This document shows, piece by piece, positions 16,688 to 26,466 of a stretch of DNA of 64,000 nt. How positions within the stretch are numbered: the stretch's first letter is position 1; each line of letters opens with the position of its first letter. Source of the DNA: Gemmatimonadales bacterium (GTDB lineage: Bacteria > Gemmatimonadota > Gemmatimonadetes > Gemmatimonadales > Gemmatimonadaceae); the NCBI GenBank assembly GCA_038231095.1, contig JBBRLZ010000016.1, positions 7,639-71,638 on the forward strand. Direction: 5' to 3'. The translations under genes were made by a program, and so were the position numbers. The notes beneath the pieces are model-generated. The model was not told the origin of the DNA. It ran no database searches and was given only the letters and a program-made list of their open reading frames with translations.

Positions 16688-19240
16688 GTGCCTCCCGTCG
16701 AAGATCCTGCTCGTCCGGCCGGTCTGGCCGCGCTCCCGGTCATGGCCGTCGTGCCGACCCTCAAGCGCGCGCTGGCCGCCGGCACCGCCGCAGTGCTCGT
16801 GGCGCCGCCCGGCGCCGGCAAGACCACCGGCGTGCCACTCGCCCTGCTCGACGCGGACTGGCTGCAGGGACAACGGATTCTGCTGCTCGAGCCACGGCGT
16901 CTCGCGGCACGCGCCGCCGCCAGCCGGATGGCCGCCGTGCGCGGCGAGCGTGTGGGTGACACGATCGGCTGGCGCATGCGCGGCGACACACGCGTCGGCA
17001 GCGCCACCCGCATCGAAGTCGTCACCGAAGGCGTGCTGACGCGCATGCTGCTCGACGACCCCACGCTCGACGGCACGGGGCTGGTCTGTTTCGACGAATT
17101 TCACGAGCGCTCGATTCACGGCGATACCGGGCTCGCGCTCGCACTGCATTCGCAGTCGCTGCTGCGCCCGGACCTGCGCCTGCTGGTGATGTCCGCCACG
17201 ATCGACGGTGCGCGCGTTGCCTCCGTGCTCGGCGATGCGCCGGTCATCACCAGCAGCGGTCGCGCATTCCCCGTGAGTACGGCGTTTCGTCCGCCGCGAG
17301 AAGGTCAGCGGATGGAAGAGGCGGTCACCGGTGCGGTGCGTGAGGCACTCGCGATGCATGCCGGTGACATCCTCGCGTTTCTGCCAGGCGCGCGCGAAAT
17401 CCGGCGCGTCGCATCGCTGCTCGATGGCACGCTGGACGCGCACGTTGACGTCTGGCCGCTCTTCGGTATGCTTGATGCGCGCGCGCAGGACGCCGCGATT
17501 GCGCCATCACCCACCGGCCGCCGAAAGGTCGTGATCGCGAGTGCGATCGCCGAGACCTCACTCACGATTGAAGGGGTGCGCGTCGTCGTGGACAGCGGCT
17601 GGTCACGTATTCCACGCTACGCCGCGCGCACCGGCATGACGCGCCTCGAGACGGTGCGCGTCTCGCGTGCAAGTGCTGACCAGCGTCGTGGCCGCGCGGG
17701 CCGCGTCGCGGTCGGCCACTGCATCCGATGCTGGCACGAGCATGAGGATGCGGCACTGCGCGCGCACGGTTCGGCCGAGATTCTCGACGCCGATCTGGCA
17801 CCACTCGCACTCGATCTGGCGGGCGCCGGCATCGCGCACGCCGGCGAGTTGTCATGGCTCGATACGCCGCCGGCACCGGCGTTTGCGCGGGCGCGGGCGC
17901 TGCTCGCGGAGCTCGGCGCGCTCGACGAGCAGGGTCGCCTCACGGCCCACGGCTCCGCGATGTCGGCGATCGGAGTCCACCCGCGCATGGCGCACCTGCT
18001 GCTCATGGCGCGCGCGCGCGGAACGCTCGCACTGGCCTGCGATCTCGTCGCCGTGCTCGAGGAGCGCGATCCGATCCGCGCCGCCGATGCGCGGCAGATC
18101 GATCCCGACCTCGCGCTGCGCATCGACGCGCTGCGATCCGGCCGACGCGCATTGCCCGCCGGACTGTCGCTCGACGATGGTGCCCTCGCACGCTGCCGTG
18201 AGACCGGGCGCGCGTTGCGCGATCGCATGAGCGTGAAACGCAGCGACGAGCGGCCGGACGACGATCATGCCGATCTCGGCGCGCTCGTCGCACTCGCCTA
18301 CCCCGATCGCATCGCTCGACGCCGCGATGGCACCGGTGCCCGCTATCTGCTGCGGAATGGCAGCGGCGCATTCCTGCGCGATCAGGGCTCGCCGCTCGCG
18401 CGCGAGGAATGGCTCGCCTGCGCTGCGCTCGATGACACGGGCCGCGACGCGACGGTGCAACTCGCGGCGCGCATCGATCTGACGACCGTCCGTGAGCTCT
18501 ACGCTGAACAGATCATCACGACACGCACCGTCAGCGTCACCCCGGAGACCGGACGTCCACGCGGGACGGTCACCGAGTCCCTTGGCACGATCGTCCTCGT
18601 CGAACGCATCGCCGAGCAGCTCAGCGTCGCGGAGCGGACGGCCGCGCTCACATCGCATGTGCTGCAGGGCTGGCCCGACGCGCTGCCGTGGAGCGAGAGC
18701 GCGGTGCGCATGCGTGAGCGGATGGCATTTCTGCATCGTCAGGACGCGCGCTGGCCCGATGTCAGCGACGACGCGCTGCGCCGCGACATCGGCGAATGGC
18801 TGACGCCTGGGCTGCGTGACAGTCGATCGCTCGAGGATCTCCGGCGCGCAGATCTCGGTGCCGCGTTACTCGATCGCGTGGAGTGGTCGCTGCGTGCATC
18901 GCTCGATCGCCTCGCGCCAACGCACATTGCCGTGCCGAGCGGCTCACGGATTCCGATCGACTACTCGGATGCGGCGGCGCCGGTGCTGGCGGTGCGCCTG
19001 CAGGAACTCTTCGGCGCGACCGTCACGCCGACGGTGCTCGATGGGCGCGTGCCGCTCGTGATTCACCTGCTGTCACCAGCGCATCGACCCGTGCAGGTGA
19101 CGCGCGATCTGCCGGGATTCTGGCGCAGCAGCTACGCCGATGTGCGGAAGGATCTGCGCGGTCGCTATCCGCGGCACTCGTGGCCGGAAGACCCGACGAC
19201 CGCCACGCCCACGCATCGCGCCAAACCGCGCGGGACGTAA
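16688..19240 (+). CDS. hrpB: ATP-dependent RNA helicase HrpB (DEAH-box)
   Basis: Walker A VAPPGAGKTT, DEFHER box, and the HA2/HrpB C-terminal region. GTG 16688 is chosen because LPVMAVVPTLKRAL aligns with the conserved HrpB N-terminus. ATG 16742 is an alternative start. Confidence 0.88.
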   Translation: MPPVEDPARPAGLAALPVMAVVPTLKRALAAGTAAVLVAPPGAGKTTGVPLALLDADWLQGQRILLLEPRRLAARAAASRMAAVRGERVGDTIGWRMRGDTRVGSATRIEVVTEGVLTRMLLDDPTLDGTGLVCFDEFHERSIHGDTGLALALHSQSLLRPDLRLLVMSATIDGARVASVLGDAPVITSSGRAFPVSTAFRPPREGQRMEEAVTGAVREALAMHAGDILAFLPGAREIRRVASLLDGTLDAHVDVWPLFGMLDARAQDAAIAPSPTGRRKVVIASAIAETSLTIEGVRVVVDSGWSRIPRYAARTGMTRLETVRVSRASADQRRGRAGRVAVGHCIRCWHEHEDAALRAHGSAEILDADLAPLALDLAGAGIAHAGELSWLDTPPAPAFARARALLAELGALDEQGRLTAHGSAMSAIGVHPRMAHLLLMARARGTLALACDLVAVLEERDPIRAADARQIDPDLALRIDALRSGRRALPAGLSLDDGALARCRETGRALRDRMSVKRSDERPDDDHADLGALVALAYPDRIARRRDGTGARYLLRNGSGAFLRDQGSPLAREEWLACAALDDTGRDATVQLAARIDLTTVRELYAEQIITTRTVSVTPETGRPRGTVTESLGTIVLVERIAEQLSVAERTAALTSHVLQGWPDALPWSESAVRMRERMAFLHRQDARWPDVSDDALRRDIGEWLTPGLRDSRSLEDLRRADLGAALLDRVEWSLRASLDRLAPTHIAVPSGSRIPIDYSDAAAPVLAVRLQELFGATVTPTVLDGRVPLVIHLLSPAHRPVQVTRDLPGFWRSSYADVRKDLRGRYPRHSWPEDPTTATPTHRAKPRGT

Positions 19241-19259
19241 CGGACGGGCAATCGCACGC

Positions 19260-19826
19260 TCACTTCTCCGCGAGGTGCAGCTGCGCGCGCAGGTATCGCA
19301 GGATGCGACGCTCGAGTTCACCCTTCGTCGAACACGAGACGTCGTTGCCCCCTGACAGCGGCGACCGACCAAGCCCGGTCACCAACGTCGTGAGCTCGGT
19401 GGCGTTGCCGACGGCGGCCACGCGGGTCTCGATGGTGAGCTTGATGTCGTACGTCTCTGCTTTCTCGCCATTCAGATCGCTGCCGCAATCGACGATCGTC
19501 CGCAGCTGCACGCCATTCAGCGCGCGACGCGCCTTGATCTGATCATTGCCGAGCCGGAATCCGACGTCCTCCTTGAAGTTGAGCGGCAATCCGAGCGACT
19601 CGTACGCGGCCGGCAATATCGCCCAGACCGCATCGCGCGACGCAGCCACGGTCGCCTTCTGACCGACGCTGCCGACGAGCATGACCACTCCAGACATGCC
19701 GCCGTTGAGGCCAGCACCACTCTGTGCGGACACAGTCACCGGCACTGGTGCGGTACCGCCGCCGCCGGACACGCAACCGGTGCAGGCACTGGCCAGGACA
19801 ATCACGGTCGCACGCGAGAGGCGCAT
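19260..19826 (-). CDS. Hypothetical lipoprotein
   Basis: ATG 19826 gives MRLSRATVIVLASACTGC (lipobox LASAC). Last gene of a five-gene co-directional run. Confidence 0.6.
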   Translation of the reverse strand: MRLSRATVIVLASACTGCVSGGGGTAPVPVTVSAQSGAGLNGGMSGVVMLVGSVGQKATVAASRDAVWAILPAAYESLGLPLNFKEDVGFRLGNDQIKARRALNGVQLRTIVDCGSDLNGEKAETYDIKLTIETRVAAVGNATELTTLVTGLGRSPLSGGNDVSCSTKGELERRILRYLRAQLHLAEK

Positions 19827-19881
19827 CTGAATCGAGGGCAGAGGAAGCGCGATCAGCGCGCGGGCACGCCGGTGCCGGCGC

Positions 19882-20298
19882 TCAGGATGTTGCGACGCGC
19901 GGGGACGCGTCGCGGCCACGGCGGCGCAGCGAGCGCTCCCACGCACGAGCACCAATCAGCGCCATCACGGGAATCAGCATCCACGAGGTGATGTAATACC
20001 AGGACGGCGCCGCGCCCCAGCGGACCGCACCAACCAGCACGGCGGCGGCCAGCCCGATCGTCGCCATCAGGATCGCGTGGCCGGCGCGATGATCGCTCAC
20101 GAGGCGCGCGGTCACCCAGCCGGCAAACAGCGTCGTGACTTCCGTGATCGACAGCATCACGAAAAGCGCCACCACGTTCATCGTCGCGCCGTCACCATCA
20201 AATGCGGCGGGATATGCAAGCGGTGTAACCGCGGCTGCACCATACAGGCCAAGCCCCATGATGAGCAGCCCAAGTGCCAGCGCAGACGGGTTGCGCAT
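19882..20298 (-). CDS. Hypothetical integral membrane protein (about 4 TM)
   Basis: 138 aa made of consecutive hydrophobic helices (LALGLLIMGLGLYGAAAV, VVALFVMLSITEVTTLFAGWV, AILMATIGLAAAVLVGAV, ITSWMLIPVMALIGA). Confidence 0.6.
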   Translation of the reverse strand: MRNPSALALGLLIMGLGLYGAAAVTPLAYPAAFDGDGATMNVVALFVMLSITEVTTLFAGWVTARLVSDHRAGHAILMATIGLAAAVLVGAVRWGAAPSWYYITSWMLIPVMALIGARAWERSLRRRGRDASPRVATS

Positions 20299-20376
20299 AA
20301 GTGTTCTCTCCAGAAAAGACTCTCTGGCGAAACTAGCCTTCGCCGACGTTCCGGCAAGCGCGGCGTCAGGCGGGTG

Positions 20377-20697
20377 TCACTGCGCGCGGACAAACCAGGC
20401 GCGCGGACCGCCGAAGTCGCACGTCAACACGTCGGCGTCGCCCAGTGCAATAGCAACCTGCACGGGATTCGACCCATCGTCGTGCGCCGTGTGCAGGATG
20501 TCGCCCTCGATGCGCCACTTGAGGGTCACGCGCAGGAGGCGATCGCCAGCCGGAATGGCGTATTCCAGATCGTCATTCGCCGAGAAGTGCATCCGCGTGC
20601 CCGACTGAATCTCGAGCGGCGCCTCGCATCGGAGCAACTGCCACCCGCCGAGCAGCCATGCCGTCGGGGTGTCGCGCGCTGACGCGCGGTCGCTCAC
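20377..20697 (-). CDS. Small soluble protein, lipocalin-like-domain resemblance
   Basis: GTG 20697 overlaps the upstream stop as GTGA. WLLGGWQLL followed by alternating beta-like segments resembles lipocalin-like small proteins. Confidence 0.45.
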   Translation of the reverse strand: MSDRASARDTPTAWLLGGWQLLRCEAPLEIQSGTRMHFSANDDLEYAIPAGDRLLRVTLKWRIEGDILHTAHDDGSNPVQVAIALGDADVLTCDFGGPRAWFVRAQ

Positions 20698-21374
20698 TGA
20701 CCGCGCAACGGCGCCATCGACGCCATCCACCGCCCACCCTCGATCACGTCGGCCGCGTCCTGCGCCACCTGCGCCAGGTTCAGCGAACTGCGCGCAAGTC
20801 GCGTTGCGACACCAATCAGATCCAGCGGATGCTCGGTGATCAGGACGACGACGTGCGCGGCGGTGACTGGCTCGCCTCCCGGACGGACACTGCGCGAGGT
20901 GAGGGCAATCTCCTGCCGCGCGGCTTCGGCCTGCAGTGTGTCACTGAACACAGGCGGCGCGTCGAAGGCGTCCATCTGACGGCGGATGGGCCGCAGTGTG
21001 GGTCGCCCCATCGACCGCGGAGCACTGCGCGGCATCTGCAGCATGTCGGCCAGTGACATGGGGCTCGAGAGTCGGTCGAGCGGATAGCGATGCACGCCCT
21101 TCTCCGAATATTGGCTCTGCAATTCGCCGCGCCGGAAACGCACCGACGCACCCCGATCCGGATCGACGACGATGATAGTCACGTAACCGGGCGCTTCGAG
21201 CGACACGCGCAGGTCGCGACCATTCGGCGTGTATTCGACCGCCTCGATCAGCGCGATACCGACATCCTCATACCCACTTGCATCGTTTTCCCGGATTCGC
21301 AGCGGGAGACGATAGCAGGCAGCAACGCTGAGCAACGTCACAGCGGCCGTGGCGACACGGATGAAACGGCGCAT
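20694..21374 (-). CDS. Hypothetical lipoprotein
   Basis: ATG 21374 gives MRRFIRVATAAVTLLSVAAC (lipobox). No family recognised. Confidence 0.6.
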   Translation of the reverse strand: MRRFIRVATAAVTLLSVAACYRLPLRIRENDASGYEDVGIALIEAVEYTPNGRDLRVSLEAPGYVTIIVVDPDRGASVRFRRGELQSQYSEKGVHRYPLDRLSSPMSLADMLQMPRSAPRSMGRPTLRPIRRQMDAFDAPPVFSDTLQAEAARQEIALTSRSVRPGGEPVTAAHVVVLITEHPLDLIGVATRLARSSLNLAQVAQDAADVIEGGRWMASMAPLRGQ

Positions 21375-21422
21375 GGCCAAACCATATGCGGCGGACCACA
21401 AAAACGAAACATCACGCCGGAA

Positions 21423-21935
21423 TCACGACCGATCCCCCCGGTCCGCCATCGGCATTGCGATCGGTGCCGCAGGCAACTCGGCCGCTGGATCGCGCGGTTC
21501 GTCGAAGGCGGTGTACGCCAGCTTGCTGATGGCCGAGCGTCGCGAACGCTGGCGTCGCCGATCACGCGCCACGAGCCCCGCGACCACGCCGACGATCGCG
21601 CCAACGATCGCCGTGATCAGCAGCGAAGTCGCGACCAGCAACGGCTCAGCCTCCTCCGGAAAGCGCAACTGGCCGTCGAGTATGTACGACCCGATCGGCC
21701 ACGAGAGCACGTTGGTCACGCCGGCCAGCAGCGCACCGACCAGCGCGCCCCATACCAGCGGCAGCCGCCGGACGGTGTCGAATCCCGCCAACGCAACCAG
21801 TCCGAAGCTCACCGGCACCCACAGCACGCGCGCCACGCCTCGCTCCCGGTAGAGCAGATACGAGGCGAACTCCACCAGCAGCATCAGCGTCAGGATGCCC
21901 AGCATTCGGATGCTGAATCGGATGAACGATGCCAT
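21423..21935 (-). CDS. Hypothetical integral membrane protein (4 TM, basic C-terminal tail)
   Basis: 170 aa with four clear hydrophobic helices, then the RDRRRQRSRRS tail. First gene of the run. Confidence 0.6.
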   Translation of the reverse strand: MASFIRFSIRMLGILTLMLLVEFASYLLYRERGVARVLWVPVSFGLVALAGFDTVRRLPLVWGALVGALLAGVTNVLSWPIGSYILDGQLRFPEEAEPLLVATSLLITAIVGAIVGVVAGLVARDRRRQRSRRSAISKLAYTAFDEPRDPAAELPAAPIAMPMADRGDRS

Positions 21936-22129
21936 CAGCAGACGGGAGCAGAGACAGACGCGCCGCTCGAGACGGGATCGTCTCGCAGTGGACGAATCAG
22001 GGGCGGACGCAGACGAGCGCGCAGCGGGCGGGATCGAAGCATGACGGCGGATGATGGCATGGGTGCACTCATCACGCCACAGCGAGCCGTGTCACGTCTG
22101 CCCGTCAGCGCTCCGTGCGGTTGCGGCGG

Positions 22130-22852
22130 TCAACGCGGCAGGAGCGTCGGGAACGAGATCGAGACCGGCGCGCCGTCGCAGAGAAAGGCCGAGTCGGGTG
22201 GCGCGGACAAGGTGTCCAGCCACTCACGCCCATACACTGCTGCGATGTCGCATCGAAACGACGCTGTCGCATCAGCCCAGACGTTCCAGCGCGGATGTGC
22301 GACGCGATATTCAACCGTCCGACCGCTGCGTTGGCGGGTGTAGCCGAGGTAGTGCTCGGTGATGAAGCCGATGCCACTCGCCGGATCGACGGGGCGCGGG
22401 GAACCTGTCACCACGCCGTGCACGCCGTGCCACGCGCCGGCCTGTTTCCACTCGAATGCCACCGATCCGCCGCGCGCCGCATCGATGTCGATCGCGTGGC
22501 GCATGCGGACGGCAGCGTACGGTTCGTTGTACGCGAGCCGCGCCGTCCACGCGATCGCCGGGCGCGGTACCAATTCGCGCACGAAGACCACACCGCGCTG
22601 CCACGCACCGCCCACCTTGCGCCTGACATACGCGCGCAGATTGATCTCGTCAAAATCGCGATGCAGCGGAACCGGAACTCCCAGCAGTCGCGTGTCGAGA
22701 AAGCGGAACGCGACGATGCTCACGAGTGCCCGGCCGTCGAGCAGATCGAGTTCGGTACCCGCCGGAACCCAGCGCTGCACCAACGTCGGATCCGCCTCGT
22801 AATTCAGGAACAACAGATGACGCCAGAGCGCGGTGAGAAATGGTCGCTGCAT
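22130..22852 (-). CDS. DUF2071 (YqjF-like) family protein
   Basis: N-terminal FLTALWRHLLFLNYEADPTLVQRWVPAGTELD...ALVSIVAFRF matches the conserved DUF2071 opening. Confidence 0.7.
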   Translation of the reverse strand: MQRPFLTALWRHLLFLNYEADPTLVQRWVPAGTELDLLDGRALVSIVAFRFLDTRLLGVPVPLHRDFDEINLRAYVRRKVGGAWQRGVVFVRELVPRPAIAWTARLAYNEPYAAVRMRHAIDIDAARGGSVAFEWKQAGAWHGVHGVVTGSPRPVDPASGIGFITEHYLGYTRQRSGRTVEYRVAHPRWNVWADATASFRCDIAAVYGREWLDTLSAPPDSAFLCDGAPVSISFPTLLPR

Positions 22853-22898
22853 TCGAGATCAACACACACTCGGCCCGCTTGCGTTCCGCATCGCCGGA

Positions 22899-22931
22899 AA
22901 CACAAAACCCCGCGTCATGGTGCGGGGCTTT
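22899..22931 (-). terminator. Rho-independent terminator after the MBL-fold gene
   Basis: Stem ccccgc 22908-22913 pairs with gcgggg 22922-22927, with an 8-nt loop. On the minus strand it is followed by TTTTGTGTTT. Confidence 0.65.
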
Positions 22932-22952
22932 GTACACGCGTGCCGGAGCGGG

Positions 22953-23708
22953 TCAGCCGACCGTTCGCATCGATGGCTCACGGCGAAGGCGCCGCTCGCG
23001 ATTGCGGCCAGGCGCGGGTCCGGACGCGACGTCACCACCGCGCGCCAGAATCAATCGACGCACGTCGTCCATCTGCAGCACGCCGCCCGTGCCGGGATGC
23101 AGGCGCTGCACTCCGAGCCGATTGAGGAGTGCCAGGCTGCGCACGATGCGCTGCGGCACTTCTGCGAAGTAGTGGCGCAATGGCCGTGATGCGAGCAGGC
23201 GCCCCCCGAACCAGCCGCCCATCAGCAGATCGCCGACGATCGCGTCACCCGTCGGCAGGACGACCGTCGCCGAGCCGATCGTATGACCAGGCGTGTGCAC
23301 GACGGTGCCTGCACCGCCGAAATCGTTGAGTGCCAGCGTATGACCAAACACGACGTCCGGTGACGCCGCCTCGAAATGCGTGTCACCGAGCCACCGCATC
23401 ACGAGACCCGCGGGTGCCATGATGCCAGGATGTCGATCGAGGCCGCTGGCCAGAATCGGTGCATCGGCACCATGCACCGCGACCGGGACGTGAAAGACGC
23501 GCTGCATGTAGGCGGCATTGCCGATCGATGTCGCATGCGCGTGTGTCGCGAGCACGAGCGAGAGATCTTCGCCACCGAGCCCGAGGCTCGCGAGCCCGTC
23601 GAGCAGTCTCGTGCGCGCCCGTTCCGGACCGGTGTCCACAAGAATATGGTGGTCACCACTGATCACGTATGCATTCGTACCATGCAAAGGCAGTCGATGA
23701 ACCTGCAT
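22953..23708 (-). CDS. MBL-fold metallo-hydrolase with degenerate metal motif
   Basis: YVISGDHHILVDTG, then LATHAHATSIG in place of THxHxDHxGG, later HTPGHTIGS. Overall beta-lactamase-fold order is preserved. Confidence 0.75.
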   Translation of the reverse strand: MQVHRLPLHGTNAYVISGDHHILVDTGPERARTRLLDGLASLGLGGEDLSLVLATHAHATSIGNAAYMQRVFHVPVAVHGADAPILASGLDRHPGIMAPAGLVMRWLGDTHFEAASPDVVFGHTLALNDFGGAGTVVHTPGHTIGSATVVLPTGDAIVGDLLMGGWFGGRLLASRPLRHYFAEVPQRIVRSLALLNRLGVQRLHPGTGGVLQMDDVRRLILARGGDVASGPAPGRNRERRLRREPSMRTVG

Positions 23709-24218
23709 CTCTTCACTCCGAGTTGGCCGACATCGGCCAGTGGATCCTGCGACTTCGTTACGATACTACCCATTGAACGCAGCGTGAACCGATCGTTTCT
23801 CGAAATAGTGCTGAGTGTATTCGTGATCTGTGCGGCCGAGATCGTCTGCGCGGATTGCTGACCACTTTGTCATACGTCGCGAAATTTTCAGAAGTTCCGC
23901 GCAAGACGATACGAACTGAACCAATGCGACTCGCAGTGTTCAGTACCGACTGCGATCGACGTCGTATGAGCGAACGCACGTCAACCTGTGCTCGTTCGCG
24001 TGCTTGCTCGCGTGCCGATCCAGACTCCTGCGGTGCAGTCGCAGCTCAGGAGTCGATCGTGCCGCAGCCCCGCTGTACATGTACCTGGCAGGATGCGATC
24101 GTGCCACCCGTACCGCACTGATCCATTCACGGTGCGATGGAACCTCGCACCGATGCCGGCCTATCTTTCGGAAGCGCCGCAGAGAACGCTGCGAGCTCCC
24201 ACCACACGAGTCAAACCC

Positions 24219-24914
24219 ATGTCAACGCACACAGTCAGGCGCCGTACGGTTCAGCTCGCTTCAGTGATGGTCCTGTCTGCCGGCGCTCTGCGAGCGCAGC
24301 AGACAACAACACCAGTAGCAACTGCCGTGCCCGCAATCGTCACCCTGCCGAGCTCTGCCGCAGATACCACTGAGACCATCCTGGTCGCCCGCAACGCTGA
24401 CTCCGTCCGCACAGACAAGGATCGGCTCCTCGGTGAGCGACGCGATGCCGAGTCACGATGGGCCACGCTCAAGGACCAGGAACTGCGCCTGAAGGCGAGC
24501 ATCAGCGACGTGAAGACCGCTATTGGTGACGCCGGCAACCGCGAGAAACTGGCGAAGAAGGAGAAGCGTGACGGCGATCGCATCGCGGCCGCCGCCGACA
24601 GGAAGCGGCTCGAACGCGCGCTCGACCTCATCGATGCGCGCTACGGGCTACGGCGCGCCCAGAGTGAAGCGGCGCGTGTCGAGCGGGACCACCTCGATGC
24701 CGCCATCCGCGCCGACGATGTAGAACTCTCGATCGCCGAGCGGCAGTCGCAGGTGCTTCCTGATGACCCGACGCAGCGGACGGCGTTTCAGGAACTGACG
24801 AGCCGCTGGTTGCAGGCGCTGCGCACGCGCACTGCGCGCGCATACGACCTGGAAGATCGTCGCTTCAAGGTGGTCGAAGCGCAGATGGAACTGCTGAAAC
24901 GTCAGCGCAACTGA
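24219..24914 (+). CDS. Secreted coiled-coil protein, unknown function
   Basis: ATG 24219 gives signal peptide MSTHTVRRRTVQLASVMVLSAGALRAQQ. The rest is charged heptad-like (R/E/D/A/L/K rich). No SD seen. Confidence 0.55.
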   Translation: MSTHTVRRRTVQLASVMVLSAGALRAQQTTTPVATAVPAIVTLPSSAADTTETILVARNADSVRTDKDRLLGERRDAESRWATLKDQELRLKASISDVKTAIGDAGNREKLAKKEKRDGDRIAAAADRKRLERALDLIDARYGLRRAQSEAARVERDHLDAAIRADDVELSIAERQSQVLPDDPTQRTAFQELTSRWLQALRTRTARAYDLEDRRFKVVEAQMELLKRQRN

Positions 24915-24932
24915 CGCCCCCGGCGCGCGCCG

Positions 24933-25535
24933 CTACGGCCGGGGTGAGCCGGCTGATTGCCGCGCGGCGATGACGCGTGAGCGCAACGCACGGGCCCGCA
25001 GTGCAATGCGCGTCACGTCCAGCGCCGTATCGAGCGGCACCGCCGCATCGTTCACGTTCAGCGAGGTCGCCGAGAGCCGCCCCGTGCTGTCGTAGCCGAA
25101 GGCAAGGCGCGTCCGGATCGGCGTCGGCGTGTTTGACGTCTGCAGCCGATCCAGCGCGACATAATGCAGTGACGAATCACGGAACAGATAGCGTGCGTTC
25201 TCCTCGATGCCCGGAGGGCCGCGACGCGTCTCGTCGAGCACGATCAGCGTATCGTTGGCGAAGTAGCCGAACCAGATCACGCTCGTGTCGCCAGACATGA
25301 ACCCCGCCGTCACGCGCTGCAGTGCGCCGAGTCGCTGATTCGCACGCTCTCCATCCTTCACCAGATACTGCAGCACCAGCCGATCCTGCGCCGCGGCAGC
25401 TAGAGCCGCCTTGTGCGCCGCGCGCGCAGCCGGTGTCGGAACAGGTTGGTCGCCGCTGTTGCAGCCGGACACACTCACTGCCGTCATTGCGAGTAGCGCG
25501 CGCACGGCGCATCGGCGAACGCGTCGCATCGTCAC
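24933..25535 (-). CDS. Hypothetical lipoprotein
   Basis: LLAMTAVSVSGC lipobox. GTG 25535 overlaps the upstream stop (GTGA); ATG 25529 is an alternative. Confidence 0.6.
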   Translation of the reverse strand: MTMRRVRRCAVRALLAMTAVSVSGCNSGDQPVPTPAARAAHKAALAAAAQDRLVLQYLVKDGERANQRLGALQRVTAGFMSGDTSVIWFGYFANDTLIVLDETRRGPPGIEENARYLFRDSSLHYVALDRLQTSNTPTPIRTRLAFGYDSTGRLSATSLNVNDAAVPLDTALDVTRIALRARALRSRVIAARQSAGSPRP

Positions 25536-26035
25536 GACGTCGCGTCGATCGTGGTTTCACGCCGGATCAACGTCCGCTGTACGCCGGCGCTGACGCCGAT
25601 GATCACCTGCACCGATGCGCCGATCGGCCATTCCGGTCCGCCACGCAGAATGCACTCGACGGCTCCCGGACCATCCCCCGCGCGCTGTTCGGCCGGCGGC
25701 GCGACGAACACCGAATCGCCCGACACGAGATACATCCCGTCGCAAGCCAATGCTTTCGGTGGCACGACACCACCACGGATCTGCACGGACACCATCAAGC
25801 CGTGCGTCCTTCCCGTCGCCGCCGGTCCCGGAAGAAAATCACGCCAGGCATACGCGGACGCCTGCAGCGGCAGATCGATCGAGACGTCAGTGGCGACAGC
25901 GCGCAATTCCTGTGCAGTCATCGTCTGCAACGACGCGGTCGCTGTCTCGCCGGTACCGGATCGACTGCAGCCCATCAGCGCGACGCCTGCCACCATCGGG
26001 AGCCAGCCGAGCACGTGACATTGCCAGCTGCTCAC
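25532..26035 (-). CDS. Hypothetical lipoprotein
   Basis: VAGVALMGC lipobox. GTG 26035 overlaps the rhodanese stop (GTGA). Confidence 0.6.
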   Translation of the reverse strand: MSSWQCHVLGWLPMVAGVALMGCSRSGTGETATASLQTMTAQELRAVATDVSIDLPLQASAYAWRDFLPGPAATGRTHGLMVSVQIRGGVVPPKALACDGMYLVSGDSVFVAPPAEQRAGDGPGAVECILRGGPEWPIGASVQVIIGVSAGVQRTLIRRETTIDATS

Positions 26036-26406
26036 GACTCTCCAGTGCTGATCGAACCACCGAGTTCGGTCCAGCCGCGCCAGCCGTCAGTCATCGAGCG
26101 CACGTTGGTGTAGCCCATCTGCTGGATGGCATCGGCCGCGAGCGCCGATCGGAAGCCACCACCGCAGTACAGGACGATCGGGGCGTCCACGTCGGGCACG
26201 GTGCGCTCGATGTCGCGCTCGATGATGCCCTTGCCGAGGTGCGAAGCGCCGGCGACATGTCCGGCGGCCCACTCGTTGTCTTCGCGCACGTCAAAGACGC
26301 GCGCGGTGCCGGCGCGCAGCAGCGCCTGCACGTCGGCCGGTGAGACTTCGCGGACGCGGGCGCGTACCGCTTCGACGTGCGAGAGAAATCGAGGTGTGTG
26401 ATCCAT
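26032..26406 (-). CDS. Single-domain rhodanese-like sulfurtransferase
   Basis: 124 aa. FDVREDNEWAAGHVAGASHL and active-site loop LYCGGGFRS (Cys-x5-Arg/Ser). Confidence 0.8.
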   Translation of the reverse strand: MDHTPRFLSHVEAVRARVREVSPADVQALLRAGTARVFDVREDNEWAAGHVAGASHLGKGIIERDIERTVPDVDAPIVLYCGGGFRSALAADAIQQMGYTNVRSMTDGWRGWTELGGSISTGES

Positions 26407-26466
26407 GCGACGGCGCGAGTAAGTGAGCTTGCTCGCAGTGTAGCCTGTCCTGGAGTCAGCGACCAG

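Noticed and set aside
16604-17443. N-terminal 280-aa extension of the DinB_2-like ORF (track ORF 16058-17443).
   Set aside because: The extension runs antisense through the hrpB helicase core and is compositionally noise. ATG 16603 yields a normal 181-aa DinB-fold protein.
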